Source: the human T2T-CHM13v2.0 reference genome, Homo sapiens. From it: a stretch of DNA of 64,000 nucleotides. A program made the position numbers and the translations under genes. Where the stretch lies: assembly GCF_009914755.1 (NCBI RefSeq), contig NC_060927.1; one strand, given 5' to 3'. The notes beneath the pieces are model-generated. The model was not told the origin of the DNA, made no database searches, and saw only the letters and a list, made by a program, of their open reading frames with translations. Shown here piece after piece: positions 19,966 through 53,929 of the stretch. Positions within the stretch are counted from its first letter, which is position 1; each line of letters starts with the position of its first letter.

Positions 19966-21582
19966 TGTGTCCAAAATTGGTGGGTTCTTGGTCCCGCTGA
20001 CTTCAAGAATGAAGTCGTGGACCCTCACGGTGAGTGTTACGGTTCTTAAAGGTGGTGTGTCCAGAGTTTGTTCCTTCTGATGTTCAGACATGTTTGGAGT
20101 TTTTTCCTTCTGGTGGGTTCGTGGTCTCCTTGGCCTCAGAAGTGAAGCTGCAGACCTTCGTGGTGAGTGTTACAGCTCATAAAGGTAGTGCAGACCCAAA
20201 CAGTGAGCAGCAGCAAGATTTACTGCAAAGAGCTAAAGAACAAAGCTTCCACAGTATGGAAGGGGACCCAAACAGGTTGCCACTGCTGGCTCCGGCAGCC
20301 TACTTTTATTCCCTCATCTGGCCCCACCCATAGCCTGCTGATTGGTCCATTTTATAGAGAGCTGATTGGTCTGTTTTACAGAGCGCTGATTGGTCCGTTT
20401 TGACAGGGTGCTGATTGGTGTGTTTACAATCCCTGAGCTAGACACAAAAGTTCTCCAAGTCCCCACTAGATTAGCTAGACATGGAGCACTGATTGGTGCA
20501 TTTACAAGCCTTGAGCTAGACACAGGGTGCTGATTGCTGTGTTTACAAACCTTGAGCTAGACACAGAGTGCTGATTGGTATATTTACAATCCTTTAGCTA
20601 GACATAAAGGTTCTCCAAGTCCCCACTAGATTAGCTAGATACAGAGTGCCAATTGGTTCATTTACAAACCTTGAGCTAGACACAGAGTGCTGATTGGTGT
20701 ATTTACAATCCCTTAGCTAGACATAAAGGTTCTCCAAGTCCCCACTAGATTAGCTAGACATAGATCACTGATTGGTGCATTTACAAACCTTGAGCTAGAC
20801 ACAGGGTGCTGATTGGTGTGTTTACAAACCTCGAGCTAGACACAGAGTGCTGATTGGTGCATTTACAATCCTCCAGCTAGACATGAAAGTTCTCCAAGTC
20901 CCCATCTGACTCAGGAGCCCAGCTGGCTTCACCTAGTGGATCCAGTGCTGGGGCCGCGGGTGGCGCTGCCTGCCAGTCCCACGCTGCGTGCCTGCACTTC
21001 TCAGCCTTTGGGCAGTTGATGGGACCGGGCGCCGCAGAGCAGGGGGCGGCACCCGTCTTGGAGGCTTGGGCCACACGGGAGCCCATTGCTAGGGGGCTCA
21101 GGCATGGCGGGCTGCAGGTCTCGAGCCCTGCCCCACAGGGAGGCGGCTGAGCGCCGGTGAGAATTCAAGCATGGCGGGCCAGCAGTGCTGGGGTCCTGGC
21201 GCACCCTCTGCAGCTGCTGGCCTGGGTGCTAAACCTCTCACTGCCCAGGCCAGTGGCGCCGGCGGACGGCTCTGAGTGCGGGGCCGCCAAGCCCATGCCC
21301 ACCCAGAACTCACGCTAGCCCGTGGCCCCGCCCACTTGGAACTCACACTGGTCCACGAGCGCTGTGCACAGACAGCCCCGGTTCCCGCTCGTCCCTCTCT
21401 CTCTACAGCTCCCGGCAAGCAGAGGGAGCCGGCTCCGGCCTCAGCCAGCCCAGAGAGGGGCTCCCACAGTGCAGCAGCGGACTAAAGGGGTCCTCGAGCG
21501 TGGCCAGAGTGGGCGCGGAGGCCAAGGAGGCGCTGAGAGCGAGCGAGGGCTGCGAGGGCTGCCAGCACACTGTCACCTCTCA
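19966..21582 (-). mobile_element. LTR12-family (ERV9/HERV9) solo LTR, full length
   Basis: Minus strand begins TGAGAGGTGACAG and ends ...GGACACA. It has a tandem ~40-bp enhancer array with 11 CCAAT motifs (20341-20860) and an AATAAA TATA-like box at 20305-20310. GTAT occurs on both sides (19961-19964, 21583-21586; one extra T on the left). Confidence 0.95.
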
Positions 21583-21690
21583 GTATGATCATAGCTCATT
21601 GTAAACTTAAACTCCTGGCCTCACTGACCCTCCCACCTCAGCTTCCCAAAGTGCTAGGATTACAGGCATGAGCCACCACATCCAGCCAGT
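21583..21690 (-). mobile_element. FLAM/AluJ-like monomer split by the LTR12 (other part ~19915-19964)
   Basis: Removing the LTR rejoins ...gtgcagtggtat|gatcatagctcattg... Confidence 0.8.
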
Positions 21691-21699
21691 ATATATTAT

Positions 21700-23010
<1,311 letters not shown>

Positions 23011-23261
23011 GAGTTCTCTGTCACCTCAATTGTCTCCTACCTCAAATGTTTTCTTTCCAATGCTCTTCTGCTCTTGATGTAGTGAAAAGCCTAAACATAT
23101 GAAATCATGGGTCAGCATTAGGTGACTTTTTCTAACCATAAGGATATTGATGGAAACCATAGATAATGTTAATTGCTACCATTTATTAAGCATGTTATCA
23201 ACTCTTTTCAAGGTATGTTAACATGTAATTGTCTCTGATTTTCTCAACAACCTGAAAAGGT

Positions 23262-23910
23262 AATGCCTCAGTCAATTTGGACTGCTATAACAAAAATACC
23301 ATAGACTCGGTGGCTTAAACAACAAACACTTGGCCGGGCGCGGTGGCTTACATCTGTAATCCCAGCACTTTGGGAGGCTGAGGCGGACAGATCACCTGAG
23401 GTCAGGAGTTTGAGACCAGCCTGGCCAACATGGCGAAACCCCATCTCTACTAAAAATACGAAAATCAGCTGGGTGTGGTGGCGCATGCCCGTAATCCCAG
23501 CTACTCGGGAGGCTGAGGCAGGAGAACCAATGAGCCGAGATTGCGCCATTGCACTCTAGCCTGGGCAACAAGAGCAAAACTCCATCTCAAACAAACAAAC
23601 AAACAAAACACTTATTTCTTACAGTTCTGGAAATTGGGAAGTCTGATAGCAAAGTGCCAGCATGATCAAGTTATGGTGAGGGCCTCTTCCTGGGTGCTGC
23701 TGACCATCTTCTTGCTGTGTGTAAGTGGTGTAAAACAGAAAGACAGGAAGCAAGCTCTCTCCTGTCTCTTGTTACAAGATTACTAATCCCATCATGTAGG
23801 CTGTGACCTAATTACCTTCTGAAGGCCCCACCTCCTAATACCATACCATTTAGGGCTAGTGTTTCCATATATGAATTCTGGAGAAACACAAACATGTTGT
23901 CCATAACAGG
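23262..23910. mobile_element. MLT1-type MaLR LTR split by an Alu (23332-23608 +)
   Basis: ctgctataacaaaatacc...cttacagttctgga...ggtgagggcc...ggccccacctcctaatacc. Confidence 0.8.
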
Positions 23911-24405
23911 TAAATAATATTATTATCTCTATTTGATTTATGAAGAAACTGAAGTAATAAGACCATATAGTTTGTCTAAGGTCATGCTGCAAATGGCAAA
24001 ACAAGGATTTGAACTCAAGGCCAAGTGCAGTATCTGCTTTTCCAATGAATAAAACTAAGCAGATCAAGGCAGGAAAATTCAAGTGTTTGCTAAAAAGTAC
24101 TTCAGTGAATGAGAAGAGCAGAGAAATGCAAAGTGGAAAAAAGGAGAAACTGCTTGAGGAGAAGAACCACATCTTAATCACATTTATGTGACCCACATAT
24201 TTTAGGCTAGAATCTAGAAAAATGTTTGCTGAATGCAGGCGTAATTACGATCAATCTGTTGGATTCCATCTGTTGCATGCTTTGGTACTGTTAGTGTATC
24301 TACTGATTACAAAAGGAAGACCTTTGTCTCACTCACTCCCTACCCCTCTCACCATCCACCATCACCACCCGTGCTGCCTCATGGCAATTTAGGTATAGGG
24401 TGTTC

Positions 24406-25865
<1,460 letters not shown>

Positions 25866-25981
25866 ACAATAAGACGATGGGTTTGATTTGTTTTATCGCT
25901 TTGACTTTATGCTCTCCTAAGGCTAAAAAAAACCTAATGCCTTAAATAAACAATTCTACTGGCCCAGGTGAGCTGAGTTGC

Positions 25982-26325
25982 TGTCTTAGTCAGTTGGGAG
26001 TGCTATCACAAAATACATAAACTAGGTGACTTCTACACAACAGAAATTTATTTCTTCTAGTTCTGGAGGCTGTGAGGTCAAAGATCAAGGCACTGGCAGA
26101 TTCGGTGTCTGGTCAGGGCCTACTTCCTGGTTAATAGATGGCACCTTTCTGCTGTGTCCTCACATGATAAAAGGGGCAAACACACTCCCTCGTGCCTCTT
26201 TTATGAAGGCACTAATCACATTCATGAGAGCTCCCAAAAGAGCTCCAAGTCTTAATATCGTCACCTTGGGGATTAGTATTTCAACATATGGATTTTGGGA
26301 GGCCACACACATTCAGATTATAGCA
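25982..26325. mobile_element. MLT1A/B-type MaLR LTR
   Basis: tgtcttagtc...agttctggaggctg...acattcagattatagca. Confidence 0.82.
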
Positions 26326-26828
26326 GACACCTCTCCAGTGGACTGAGTAGCTTATTGACCTGAGTGGTTCTGGCTGGAGATGCAGACATCAGGGTGGTTT
26401 TTCTCAAAGCTGCTAAGATGTGCTGAACACTCCTTATGCCAGCCAATGGGAACACTAAGGTCCTGCCTTCAAATGGGATGGTCTTGCTACAATTCAAGTC
26501 CACAGATTCAGGTTGCACCACTTGGAAATGATATGAACTTGCACCCCTCCTACCAGATTGCTGAGACACATGACTGAGCTCAATTTGTATAGTACTCCGT
26601 TTTAGCCTGAATCTTTGAATTGTTTTCCTCCTGATGGTGCTACAATTCATATAGAAATTAACTGTATATTGCTCATGTTTGTGGCTGGCTCTGTAGTTCC
26701 AACCACCCCCACCCCACCCCCAATATTGTTATAGCTACTAGAAAGTAAGCCAAATGCACTTTCTGAGATTGTCCCAAATATCTGTTGGTCAGGTAACAGC
26801 CATTATAACAACTATCATTTCCTTATGT

Positions 26829-28137
<1,309 letters not shown>

Positions 28138-28405
28138 GACTTTCTGGTAGTTCCCTCCCACTAAACTTGTCCTACCTAGCCATAGGCAGCCCTTCCCTCC
28201 CAGGGAAACTGCTTATCAAGGGGCAGAGGACAAGAGAAAGTATGTGTCCTGAGGCAAGGCTCCTTCAAAAAGAGAGGGAAAGTCGCTGAGCACTTGTACT
28301 CACTCACGTCCTTCCTATAATCTTGTAAATCACTTGTTCTCTGAGGAAAGGGGGAACCTGCAAAGACTACAGAAAGCTCCTCCTAGGGCATAAGAGCTTT
28401 CTCTT

Positions 28406-28860
28406 TGCTATGGTTTGAATATGGTTTGTCCACACCAGAACTGATGTTTATAAATTTGATCCACAATGGGTTGCGTTGGGAGGTGGTGTCTAGTGGGAGG
28501 TGCGTGGCTCTTGGGGGTGGATTCCTCATGAATGGCTCTGTGTTGTTCTCTGGGCCGTGAGTGAGTTTTTGCTCTCCCGAGACTGGTTTAGTTCTTGGGG
28601 GAATGGATTAGTTCTCACTAATAAAAGAACAGGTTTTTATAGAGAAAGATGTCCGTCAGGGTTTTACTTCTTCCCCTGTGTCCACTTCCCTTTGACCTTT
28701 CTCCACGTTATGATGCAGCATGAAAGCCCTCAACAGCAGATGCTGGCACCATGCTTCTTGAATTTCCCAGCCTGCAGAATCCTGAGCTAAATTAACCTCT
28801 TTTCTTTATAAATTACCCAGTTTCCGGTGTTCTGTTACAGCAACACAAAACAAGTACACT
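28406..28860 (+). mobile_element. MST-type MaLR LTR
   Basis: tgctatggtttgaatatggtttg...aaattacccag...cagcaacacaaaac. Confidence 0.85.
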
Positions 28861-29599
28861 CCCCTTTATAGATAGCCTTCTAATATTGTGAGTCTTCATT
28901 GAGCAACAAACTAGGAAGACAGTGCGTGCCAGTACTGAGTTAATTATTGCCACTGAACAAAACAAACTTTATTTTATGCATATTTAGCAATAGGTGTAAC
29001 AGCCACAGGGATAGATTATAGGCCAGAGAAACTGGGTTTTAGACACAGCTCTACCTTCACTGTTGTATGTTCTCAGACAGGCATCAAATGGCTGAGAAAC
29101 GCAGTTTCCTTACTGATAAAATTGGCCCCACATTAACAACAAATTTCCAGAGTGGATAGTCAAAATACTTATTGACCAGTTCTATATGCCTTGCAACCAA
29201 TCAGAACAGAGAGCAGAGGGTACACCACACCCAACCATACAGCAAATTGGCAGCCTCCCAGTTCATTTCCCTCACTCAGTCAACATTTGCAGTTGCCTGC
29301 CATGTGACGTCTATGTACCGGGGCTGTTGCATGTGTCAAATTAAATGTTTGTGAAAGCAGATCATAACCTCCATACAAAAGCAAGGTGTTTTTAGTCATT
29401 ATTCTCTGTAGGAAGACACAAAGAGTAAGGGAAGTGGAAGCCTCTCATAACATTTCACCTGTTTCAGTTTTGCCTACCCTATTGGGTGGCCTGGCCTCAG
29501 TTTGAGAGCTCACCTCCCCTTGAGCTATATAACAGCCTAAGGACATGGAGAGCTGGGCCAAGACCAGCCAGGATACAGCTTAACCTCAAACCCTCAAAC

Positions 29600-30170
<571 letters not shown>

Positions 30171-30704
30171 TACAAACAGATCCAAGCCTGGCAAGGGAGA
30201 AAGAAAACTGTTGAAGGGCTGGCATCCAGAGAGCATTATGGGTCACGAAGGTGAGCCCAGAGTTCTTATAAATCCTCTCTTAGGACCATAGGTGTCATAA
30301 CCCAAAGGGGTTAACCCAAGGAGCAGACCTCTCCAGTGCTTTTGCAGAGGGTACACAAGAGTGTCCAGAAGCCCCTGGTTGATGGGAACCCCTTCCCCTA
30401 GGCGCTGAGAACTGGAATACCCACTGCCTGGGTGGCTGGGGAAGGGCATCTCTGTTCCCTGGCCCCTTAGTCAGGGGAAAGTGAGGAGGGGAAAAGGAGA
30501 AGAACCAGAACAGCGGCTCCTCTCTCTAGTTGGGAAAAAGCAGTCAATTCAATGGGTTTGCCTTTGGGTAGGAGGATTAACTCTAATTATGGAGTATATA
30601 AACCAGGAGCTGAGGGCTGGGGCGGGCTCCTTTCTAGAGAGCATGAAGAAGGGTTAAAGAGGAGTAAGGCAGAGAAAGGGAGGTGTGAGGGCTCAGAAGC
30701 TGGC

Positions 30705-30880
30705 GCCAGCAAACTTTTACTGTAAAGGGCCAGATGGTAACTATTTGAAGCTCTGTAGGCCACGTTCTCTGTTGTCTCCCTCTTCCCCCTCCCCCAACCA
30801 TTTAAAAACGTATGAATTATTCGGAGCTCTGGCTTCAGTTGGATTTGGCCTATGGGTTCGAGTTACTGATTTTCTAACCT
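30705..30880. mobile_element. MER58-like hAT MITE
   Basis: gcaaacttttactgtaaagggccagatggtaa...ggatttggcctatggg. Confidence 0.7.
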
Positions 30881-31414
30881 GAAGAAATAATCTGTCAACC
30901 TCCCCATTTTACCTGAGTCTGATCCTGCCCTCCCTTGCAGTGCTGGCCATTTAACTTGAAGTAGGGCCTCCCAAGCAATGAGAGAGGCATTCAGATGAGG
31001 AAAGGGGCATAACGTTCTGACTGTGGTGAGGCTTCATGAAATTTCAGGTATGTTCCACTGAGGTACTTTAGGACTAACACTGTTTGGCGACCTGAAGGTT
31101 TGCTCTGGGGATTTTTATGCCACACATAGCTGCATGCATGAGCAACTCTGCAAGAATTATGTTTCATGCCACATTCCATTTGGGAACTTATGCCCAAGAC
31201 AATATTGCAGAGCAATGAAACCCAGCATTACTGTATTCCAGGAAAATGGAGTAGCAACCTTTCTCTCTTAGTAGCCAAAAATGGAATATCTCAATGTCTT
31301 CAGGAAGAGCTTGCCCTCAGTAAGAAGAGTTTTACCTGTTGGTAAACCTGACTCTCAGATAAAATGCCATCTTTACAGAGCCTGGCTTTGCAATAAGAAT
31401 ACACAGTTGTAAAA

Positions 31415-32417
<1,003 letters not shown>

Positions 32418-32932
32418 TGATATTTGGGAAGAAAAAATAAGAGGGGAGACGGGCTGAGAAAAGCTGCAAGTGGGGAAGCTTTGGTCCCCATGGCCTAGAG
32501 GCCTGAAGTGGGCCACTGGCCAGGCAGAAAAGGCGTGGAAACGATTTCACCTGTTTCACAATTGTCTAGAGCCGGCCTGAAGGCATCTTGGGGAAGCACC
32601 CACTGAGCTCACTGCACTGGCCCTTTCCTGGGGAAGCTCAGGGAGAGCTCCCTGATAAGGGCTCCTGTGTCGAACAAGGTATGTGACTTCAAAAGGTAGT
32701 AAGAGAGTTGTCCCACAATAAATTTTAGTATTATGTTCTGTGGAGGTTGTAAATTATAAATAATTTTCTACTTTTAGTAGTCTAGGTAAGTAAATACCTG
32801 GAAGCTTTGACATGAATTTCATCTTAGAGATCTTTTTAAATTCTATGAATTGATTAAAATATGCATATTTGCAAATTAGACCTAGGAACAGTATCTGTCA
32901 TCTCCAAAACCTCCTAACTACTCTCCTACCTA

Positions 32933-36426
<3,494 letters not shown>

Positions 36427-36685
36427 CAAAACATTGTTTTGTACAGTGAATAGTCTTGACTTAAAAATATATATACCTATATTCTGGATTTATAGAGGAA
36501 ATATTTGAGCTAGTGAAGTGTTAAGGAAAGTCCAGTACTGTATTGGCAGAGAGAGGTCAGGCTTGCATTTGATAAACACCTCAAATGAGCTTCATTTGAT
36601 CTAAACGAGGCACATAATAGCGTATAAGCAAATGTTAACAAAAGGTCCACTATAACCAAAAAGTTTAATAAATCATATTTTATTA

Positions 36686-37115
<430 letters not shown>

Positions 37116-37170
37116 AACTCTTGTGTTTTAAAGAAAATGCTGATATCTGGAATAGATACTAATCAACAGT

Positions 37171-37203
37171 ACACACACACACACACACACACACATACAC
37201 ACA
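37171..37203. repeat. (AC)n microsatellite with one interruption
   Basis: Read directly. Confidence 0.93.
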
Positions 37204-38352
37204 GGAGGGAGAAAAATAAAAATGTAGGATACAGGTTAGGGATTCATTTCTTTTATGTGGAGAGTGTTTTCTTCAACCATAGTTTTGTGATTCAGCATTC
37301 ATAAAATAAATCGTTTACAATTTGGGCGAAATAACATCAGGTTCCTGCAGGGCTATAGAAAATGACTTGTGGGGGCTAATATGAAATAAGGGTTGAAACA
37401 GTACACAGCCTTTGTTCTATTCCAAGGGGTTGACAGTCTTTAGAAGGTTCACGAACCACTGTTTATGACTCACTCGCTTCCACCTACACTTCCTCTCCAC
37501 GTTCTTCACATCACTAGGGCTTGTTGTATTATCCTAGTTTTTGAAATCCATTGCTTCCCACAGTTCTCCAATCAAATGCCTTCTCTGTGGGGACCTCGAG
37601 AAAGATACACTAAGGTATGGTGAACCAGGTCATTCTTCACCCAAAATGACCTAGTTCTCCTAAGTGACTAATTTCTTGGTCGTCACTGAGGTACCAATCC
37701 CTTCTGCTGGCCTTGTGTGCCCGATCCTCCCCTGCTCTCAGTTACCTCAAAGCAAGCTTCCAGCTTGTTGCAGGCTGTTTTCTCTCCTCCAAACAATCAG
37801 GGCCTAACAGGATTTGAAACTTGTTTTGGTTGTTCCCAATCTAAATATTTCCTCAAATCTATCCAGCAGTACTTACTCCATCCAGTTACATTTCATCCTA
37901 AGCCCCTAGTAGGGAGGCCGGGCCACCTTCCTGCCTTCCTTCTGCCTAGATTCCCTGATCACAGCATTCCTGTTGCCCTTCCATTCAGGAAGGACATGGA
38001 CAGAGGGTGGTCAGAAGCCCTGTCCTATATCCTAACCAGAGGGCTGAAGCCTACCTCTGAACTGGATCCTGCCAACCTATTTTCCTGGAGGCAGAACTCT
38101 GTGTCACCTCTTCCAGTGCAGATAACTGAACAGTCCTACTTTCTCTGGCCTGTACTTCCCCACTTATTCTCCCTGCACCTGGCCTTCCCCCTTCCTCTTC
38201 TAGACTTTCCCTGAATTTGTAGTTCCTCTGTTTGAGCCTCAGGTCTGATTTTCAGCCCTAATCAGAATCCCTTGTCTGTGTCTGCTTTGACCAGAGAGGT
38301 TGCAAGTTTCCTACTAACCCTTCCTTCATTCACGTCCTGTCATTCTGGCTAA

Positions 38353-38851
<499 letters not shown>

Positions 38852-39854
38852 TAGTAACAGCAATTTTATCTTCATAGGGAGACTGCTTCAGAGAGGGTAT
38901 AAAAAGCTGGGGAGCCAACGGTAGACTTGCCTTCCACCATTATAGAGCTCTCCCAACTCTACGACTTCCTGACTACTACCCATCTCAAATCATATTAACA
39001 CTGGACAACTCTACTACCAAGTGTGTATGATGCCACTTCCTCTGAGCAGGAAAGGAACCTACTCTCTGCCCTTTTTCTTCCTCATTTGACTGCCTTCCCC
39101 ATCAGCACCCACCTAGGCTCCCACACTTCTCCCTCCTCCCAGGGTAGTTCCTAGTAGTAATTCAAGCGACTGGCTCCAGTGCCTTCTAGCATTTACTAGG
39201 TAGCATTCCTAAATGCCACCTTCTTGGGAAGAATCTTCCAGCAGACACTAAGGCTTATTAGACACTGAAATGAGTTATGGAAGAAGGTTTAGATTCTCAC
39301 TCCCTGGAGATCTTTAAAAGCAAGAATGGATTCTCATCTGTCTGGGATGATTATGTGGGATATTCCTGGTAGGCCAGGGAATAGACCTGCTCATCACCAA
39401 CAAATAATTTATTAAACTCCTGGGCATTCATGATACTGTACTACATTCCACGTATATTAAAAGATAATTTTAAAAACACAGCCCCTACTCTCAAAGAAGT
39501 TTTTTTACTAATGAAACAAAAGGTTTGTATGGTGTACAAATAATATATAATGAAGGACAACAGTGCTTTAAGTTCTTGAAGCATGTAGTTTTCTTATTTT
39601 CTTTCTCTTACACTCTTTAGTTTGGGCTGGGAGCTATGCAGAGCAAGATTTTCAGTGAACAAGATTTTCTTGCTCATATTTTCTTGCTCAGGAGGTTGTG
39701 AATGATGCAAAATGTGAACATATCGGAAGAATTAAGAGGGAAAGAAAGCACAAAGTGGTCTCAGTTCTGGCATGCAGAAGGCAAGAGGCTGATGGGCTTG
39801 ATCTCAAAGGATCCTTCACTTTTTCGCACCCTGGGATTCTAGTTCAGGCAGTAA

Positions 39855-41059
<1,205 letters not shown>

Positions 41060-41930
41060 GGTACAGAGCCCATAAGGGCCAAGCTGAGGTTACATTTATA
41101 CATTAATTCCCATACACCTATAAGAAGAAAGTCTTTTTGTAGGCTACCTCCTTCGTCCTTCTTATTTATGAGAGCAGGGCCCTAGAGAGCCTCAGGCAAC
41201 ACAGCCAGGTCCTTTGTGCCCATTCTGTGTGGACTGATTAGAACCAGGTACACCTTCCTCCTCTTGGACCAGAAGTCAAGTCTTGGCCAGAGGGAGCTGG
41301 CTAGATCCCAGTCCCATTACAACCTTCATCATGCTACTTATTCTGGGTCCACCCCAACAGCAAGGCAGCCCTGTAGGTAACAAGAGAATTTTGAAGAATT
41401 CTATATACATGTGTCTCTGTACAAAGCAAATAACTGATTAAAGATGTGTTATGAGTTTCTCAAAATTTTCTGTGTAGGGAGAGATGTGAATGGACCAAAT
41501 TTCATCATTATTTACTTCTAAACATGTTTGGTTTTTTGTTTTGTTTTGTTTTTTGTTTTTTGCCACTGAAAGGAAAGCATGGACACCTTTCAGGAAAGCA
41601 AGTGTTGTATACAATAAAAGCTGTTATAATATAATCTTCATGTTCAGTTTATTGGATATTTTCACCATCCAGAAATATACAGGAAATAGGGTGTGGTTAA
41701 CTATGTGGTTCTTTCAGTGCAATGAACTTCTTTGACTAAAACTACCTCCTGGGCTGCTGCCTCAAGTACCAGAGGCAGTGAACTTCTGAAGACTTAATTC
41801 CTAGACCACTCCCATCTTGTGACCTCATTGGCTTTATTATTTTTAACTAAAACATATGAGTTGAATTTAAATAGGTAAATGTGGATTTGAAATTTAATAT
41901 TCCAATAATTCAGTCAAGAATTAACTAACA

Positions 41931-43122
<1,192 letters not shown>

Positions 43123-43934
43123 AACATTTTAAGCTTCTAAACACATTGTACAACTAAGTTACTTTCAACATTAAAGAGTTGATCTATTTTTAAAAATATA
43201 TAACTTAGGATGGTAAGATACAATTTTTTTACACATCCTGTCATTAAACAGTTGTATTTTAAGTGACGATTTTCTGAAGTTCCTGACAGTTCAGGAGATT
43301 TTAAATATAGAAGGGATGGTGATGGTAAGCCTTTCATTCAATTAATTGATTCTCCTACAAAGTTTAGCAGATATTCTCAATTTCAAAGATGAAACCAATT
43401 TTATTCCTTTGCAGTCAGCTGTTAACAGTTGCCCATTTTAGGAGACAAATACATACAAATGAACTCTTGGTGTTCTTGAGTACATATGGGAGAAGCAGAA
43501 CAAAGCAAAGTTCCCTTTTTGCCTTACCAGGTGGATTCAATAATCCAAGAAGAATGGGACTGGAGCTGATTTCCTCATGAGCTGTGAGTCTTTGAGCAAT
43601 TTACATAACTAGTCTAAACATTTAATCTCTTTGTTTGTTAACTGAAGGTAATATCTTCCTTGCAGAGTATTTGTAAATATTATAAATATTATATAAATTA
43701 TGAATCATATTGTTTTTCACAGTAGATGTTCAATAAATGGTAGCTGGGTACCTGAGTGCTTATCTCATTTTCCTCCCTCCACAGATGATAAATTCCTTGT
43801 GAGAATTACAGCCCCTGGTAGTAGTGATCAACAAATATTTGTTGAGTTGAAAATGTCGCTTTTTAAAGGCTTTTAAAATAATCTTTCCTGTAGAATTTTA
43901 GACCTTTGCAAATGACTTATTTTTCCCTTCAACT

Positions 43935-45142
<1,208 letters not shown>

Positions 45143-45144
<2 letters not shown>

Positions 45145-45498
45145 GCTGCTGGCTTGGGCAGCCTGCTTTTATTCCCTTATCTGGCCCCACCCACATCCTG
45201 CTGATTGGTCCATTTTACAGAGAGCTGATTGGTCCGTTTTACAGAGAGTTGATTGGTCCGTTTTGACAGGGTGCTGATTGGTGCATTTACAATCCCTGAG
45301 CTACACACAGAGTGCTGATTGGTGCATTTACAAAGCTAGACATAAAAGTTCTCCAAATCCCCACTAGATTAGCTAGACACAGAGCACTGATTGGTGCATT
45401 TACCAACCTTCAGCTAGACACAGAGTGCTGATTGATGCGTTTACAAGTTTACAATTCCTGAGCTAGACACAGAGTTCTGATTGGTGCATCCACGAACC

Positions 45499-45531
<33 letters not shown>

Positions 45532-46268
45532 AGCTAGACACAGAGTGCTGATTGGTGCGTTTACAATCCTCCAGCTAGGCACAAAAGTTGTCCAAGTCCC
45601 CACCAGATTAGCTAGATACAGAGTGCTGATTGGTGCATCCATGAACCCCAAGCTAGACACAGAGTGCTGATTGGTGCATTTACAATCCTCCAACTACACA
45701 TAAAAGTTCTCCAAGTCCCCACTGGACTCAAGAGCCCACCTGGCTTCCCCTAGTGGATCCTGTGCTGGGGCCGCAGGCGGAGCTGCCCGCCAATCCTGTG
45801 CTGTGGGCCCGCACTCCTCAGCCCTTGGGCCGTGGATGGGACCAGTGCCACAAGCAGGGGGCAGCACCTGTTAGGGAGGCTTGGGCCTCTCGGGAGCCCA
45901 CCGCAGGGAGGTGGTTGAGGCCTGGCAAGAATTCGAGTGTGGCCCGGGTGGGCCAGCAGTGCTGGGGGACCTGGCGCCTCCTCCCAGATGCTGGCCCCAG
46001 TGCTAAGCCCCTCACTGCCGCTCCGAGTGCGGGGCCCACCCAGCCCACGCCCACCCGGAACTCACGCTGGCCCAGGTTCCTGCCCACGCCTCTACCTCCA
46101 CACCTCCCCACAAGCAGAGGGAGCCGGCTCCAGCCCCGGCCAGCCCAGAGAGGGGCTCCCACAGTGCAGTGGCAGGCTGAAGGGCTCCTCAAGCGCAGCC
46201 AGAATGGGCGCCAAGGCCGAGGAGGCACCGAGAGCGAGCGAGGGCTGCCAGCACACTGCCACCTCTCA
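45143..46268 (-). mobile_element. LTR12-family solo LTR, U3 only (R/U5 missing)
   Basis: Minus strand begins TGAGAGGTGGCAG, has 10 CCAAT motifs and an AATAAA box at 45168-45173, then switches to Alu sequence at ~45143. Confidence 0.93.
45500..45530. repeat. C31 homopolymer within LTR12
   Basis: Read directly. Confidence 0.9.
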
Positions 46269-46269
46269 C

Positions 46270-48566
<2,297 letters not shown>

Positions 48567-49188
48567 TAAAATTATCTCTTAAAAGATTTCTCTACTTCAT
48601 CTCTACTTCCTCTTTTTTTCCACTGCGACACCACACAAACACAAAATCTATTCTCTCACTGTCCTAAAGGACTGCTTTTAATGTTGTAATTTTCCTGCTT
48701 TAGGGTCATAATAGATCTCTAGTAAATATCTATCTAATCTATTCCATCTATAGGTTTAGCTTTCTCTCCCTTCCTTCCCCCTTTCTCCAACTCTCTTTAA
48801 CCAATAATCAGTCTTCTTTATACATATTTAATGTTTCTATTGTAGTCAAACAGAGCTACTCTTATTGATTTGTTAATACACAAGTGAGCCAGATATTGTC
48901 TATTGGCATCTAGCACTTTTTACAGTCTTCTATCTCCCCTGTTTTGCAGGGGCTGGAAATCTGGGAACATGTCTCATACTCCCTTGCCAGCACAGTTTCA
49001 GACATAGCTTGAGTTCTGCCAATCAGATATACTGGTGAGAGATTTGGAAGGCAGAAGAGAGATGGCAACCACCATTGGCTTTTTCCTTTGTTACTGGTGA
49101 TGGGCAGCCCTTGAAGTCAGCAGAGTCTCCAGCAGCCTCCGGATGCTAGGAAGCACCCGGTCAAATTTCTACTTATTAAGAAAAAGAG

Positions 49189-53770
<4,582 letters not shown>

Positions 53771-53929
53771 TTCCCTGCACATTTTAAATTATCCCTCCCT
53801 CTCCTCTCTCTTTGTCTCCTACACTGAAGGCAACACTGGTCAATGTGTGACACACTTCAATAGGCCTTTCTAATGTTATGAATAATCCCAGCACCTACGA
53901 AATATCCATTTCTCTCTTTCTGTAGAAGC

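Noticed and set aside
20340-20900. Regularly spaced repeats superficially like a CRISPR array (also 45200-45720)
   Set aside because: These are the known LTR12 U3 enhancer tandem units, with no unique spacers, in a eukaryotic context.
37717-38214. 165-aa ORF in non-Alu DNA
   Set aside because: Non-ATG start, pyrimidine-biased composition, no recognisable homology or exon structure.
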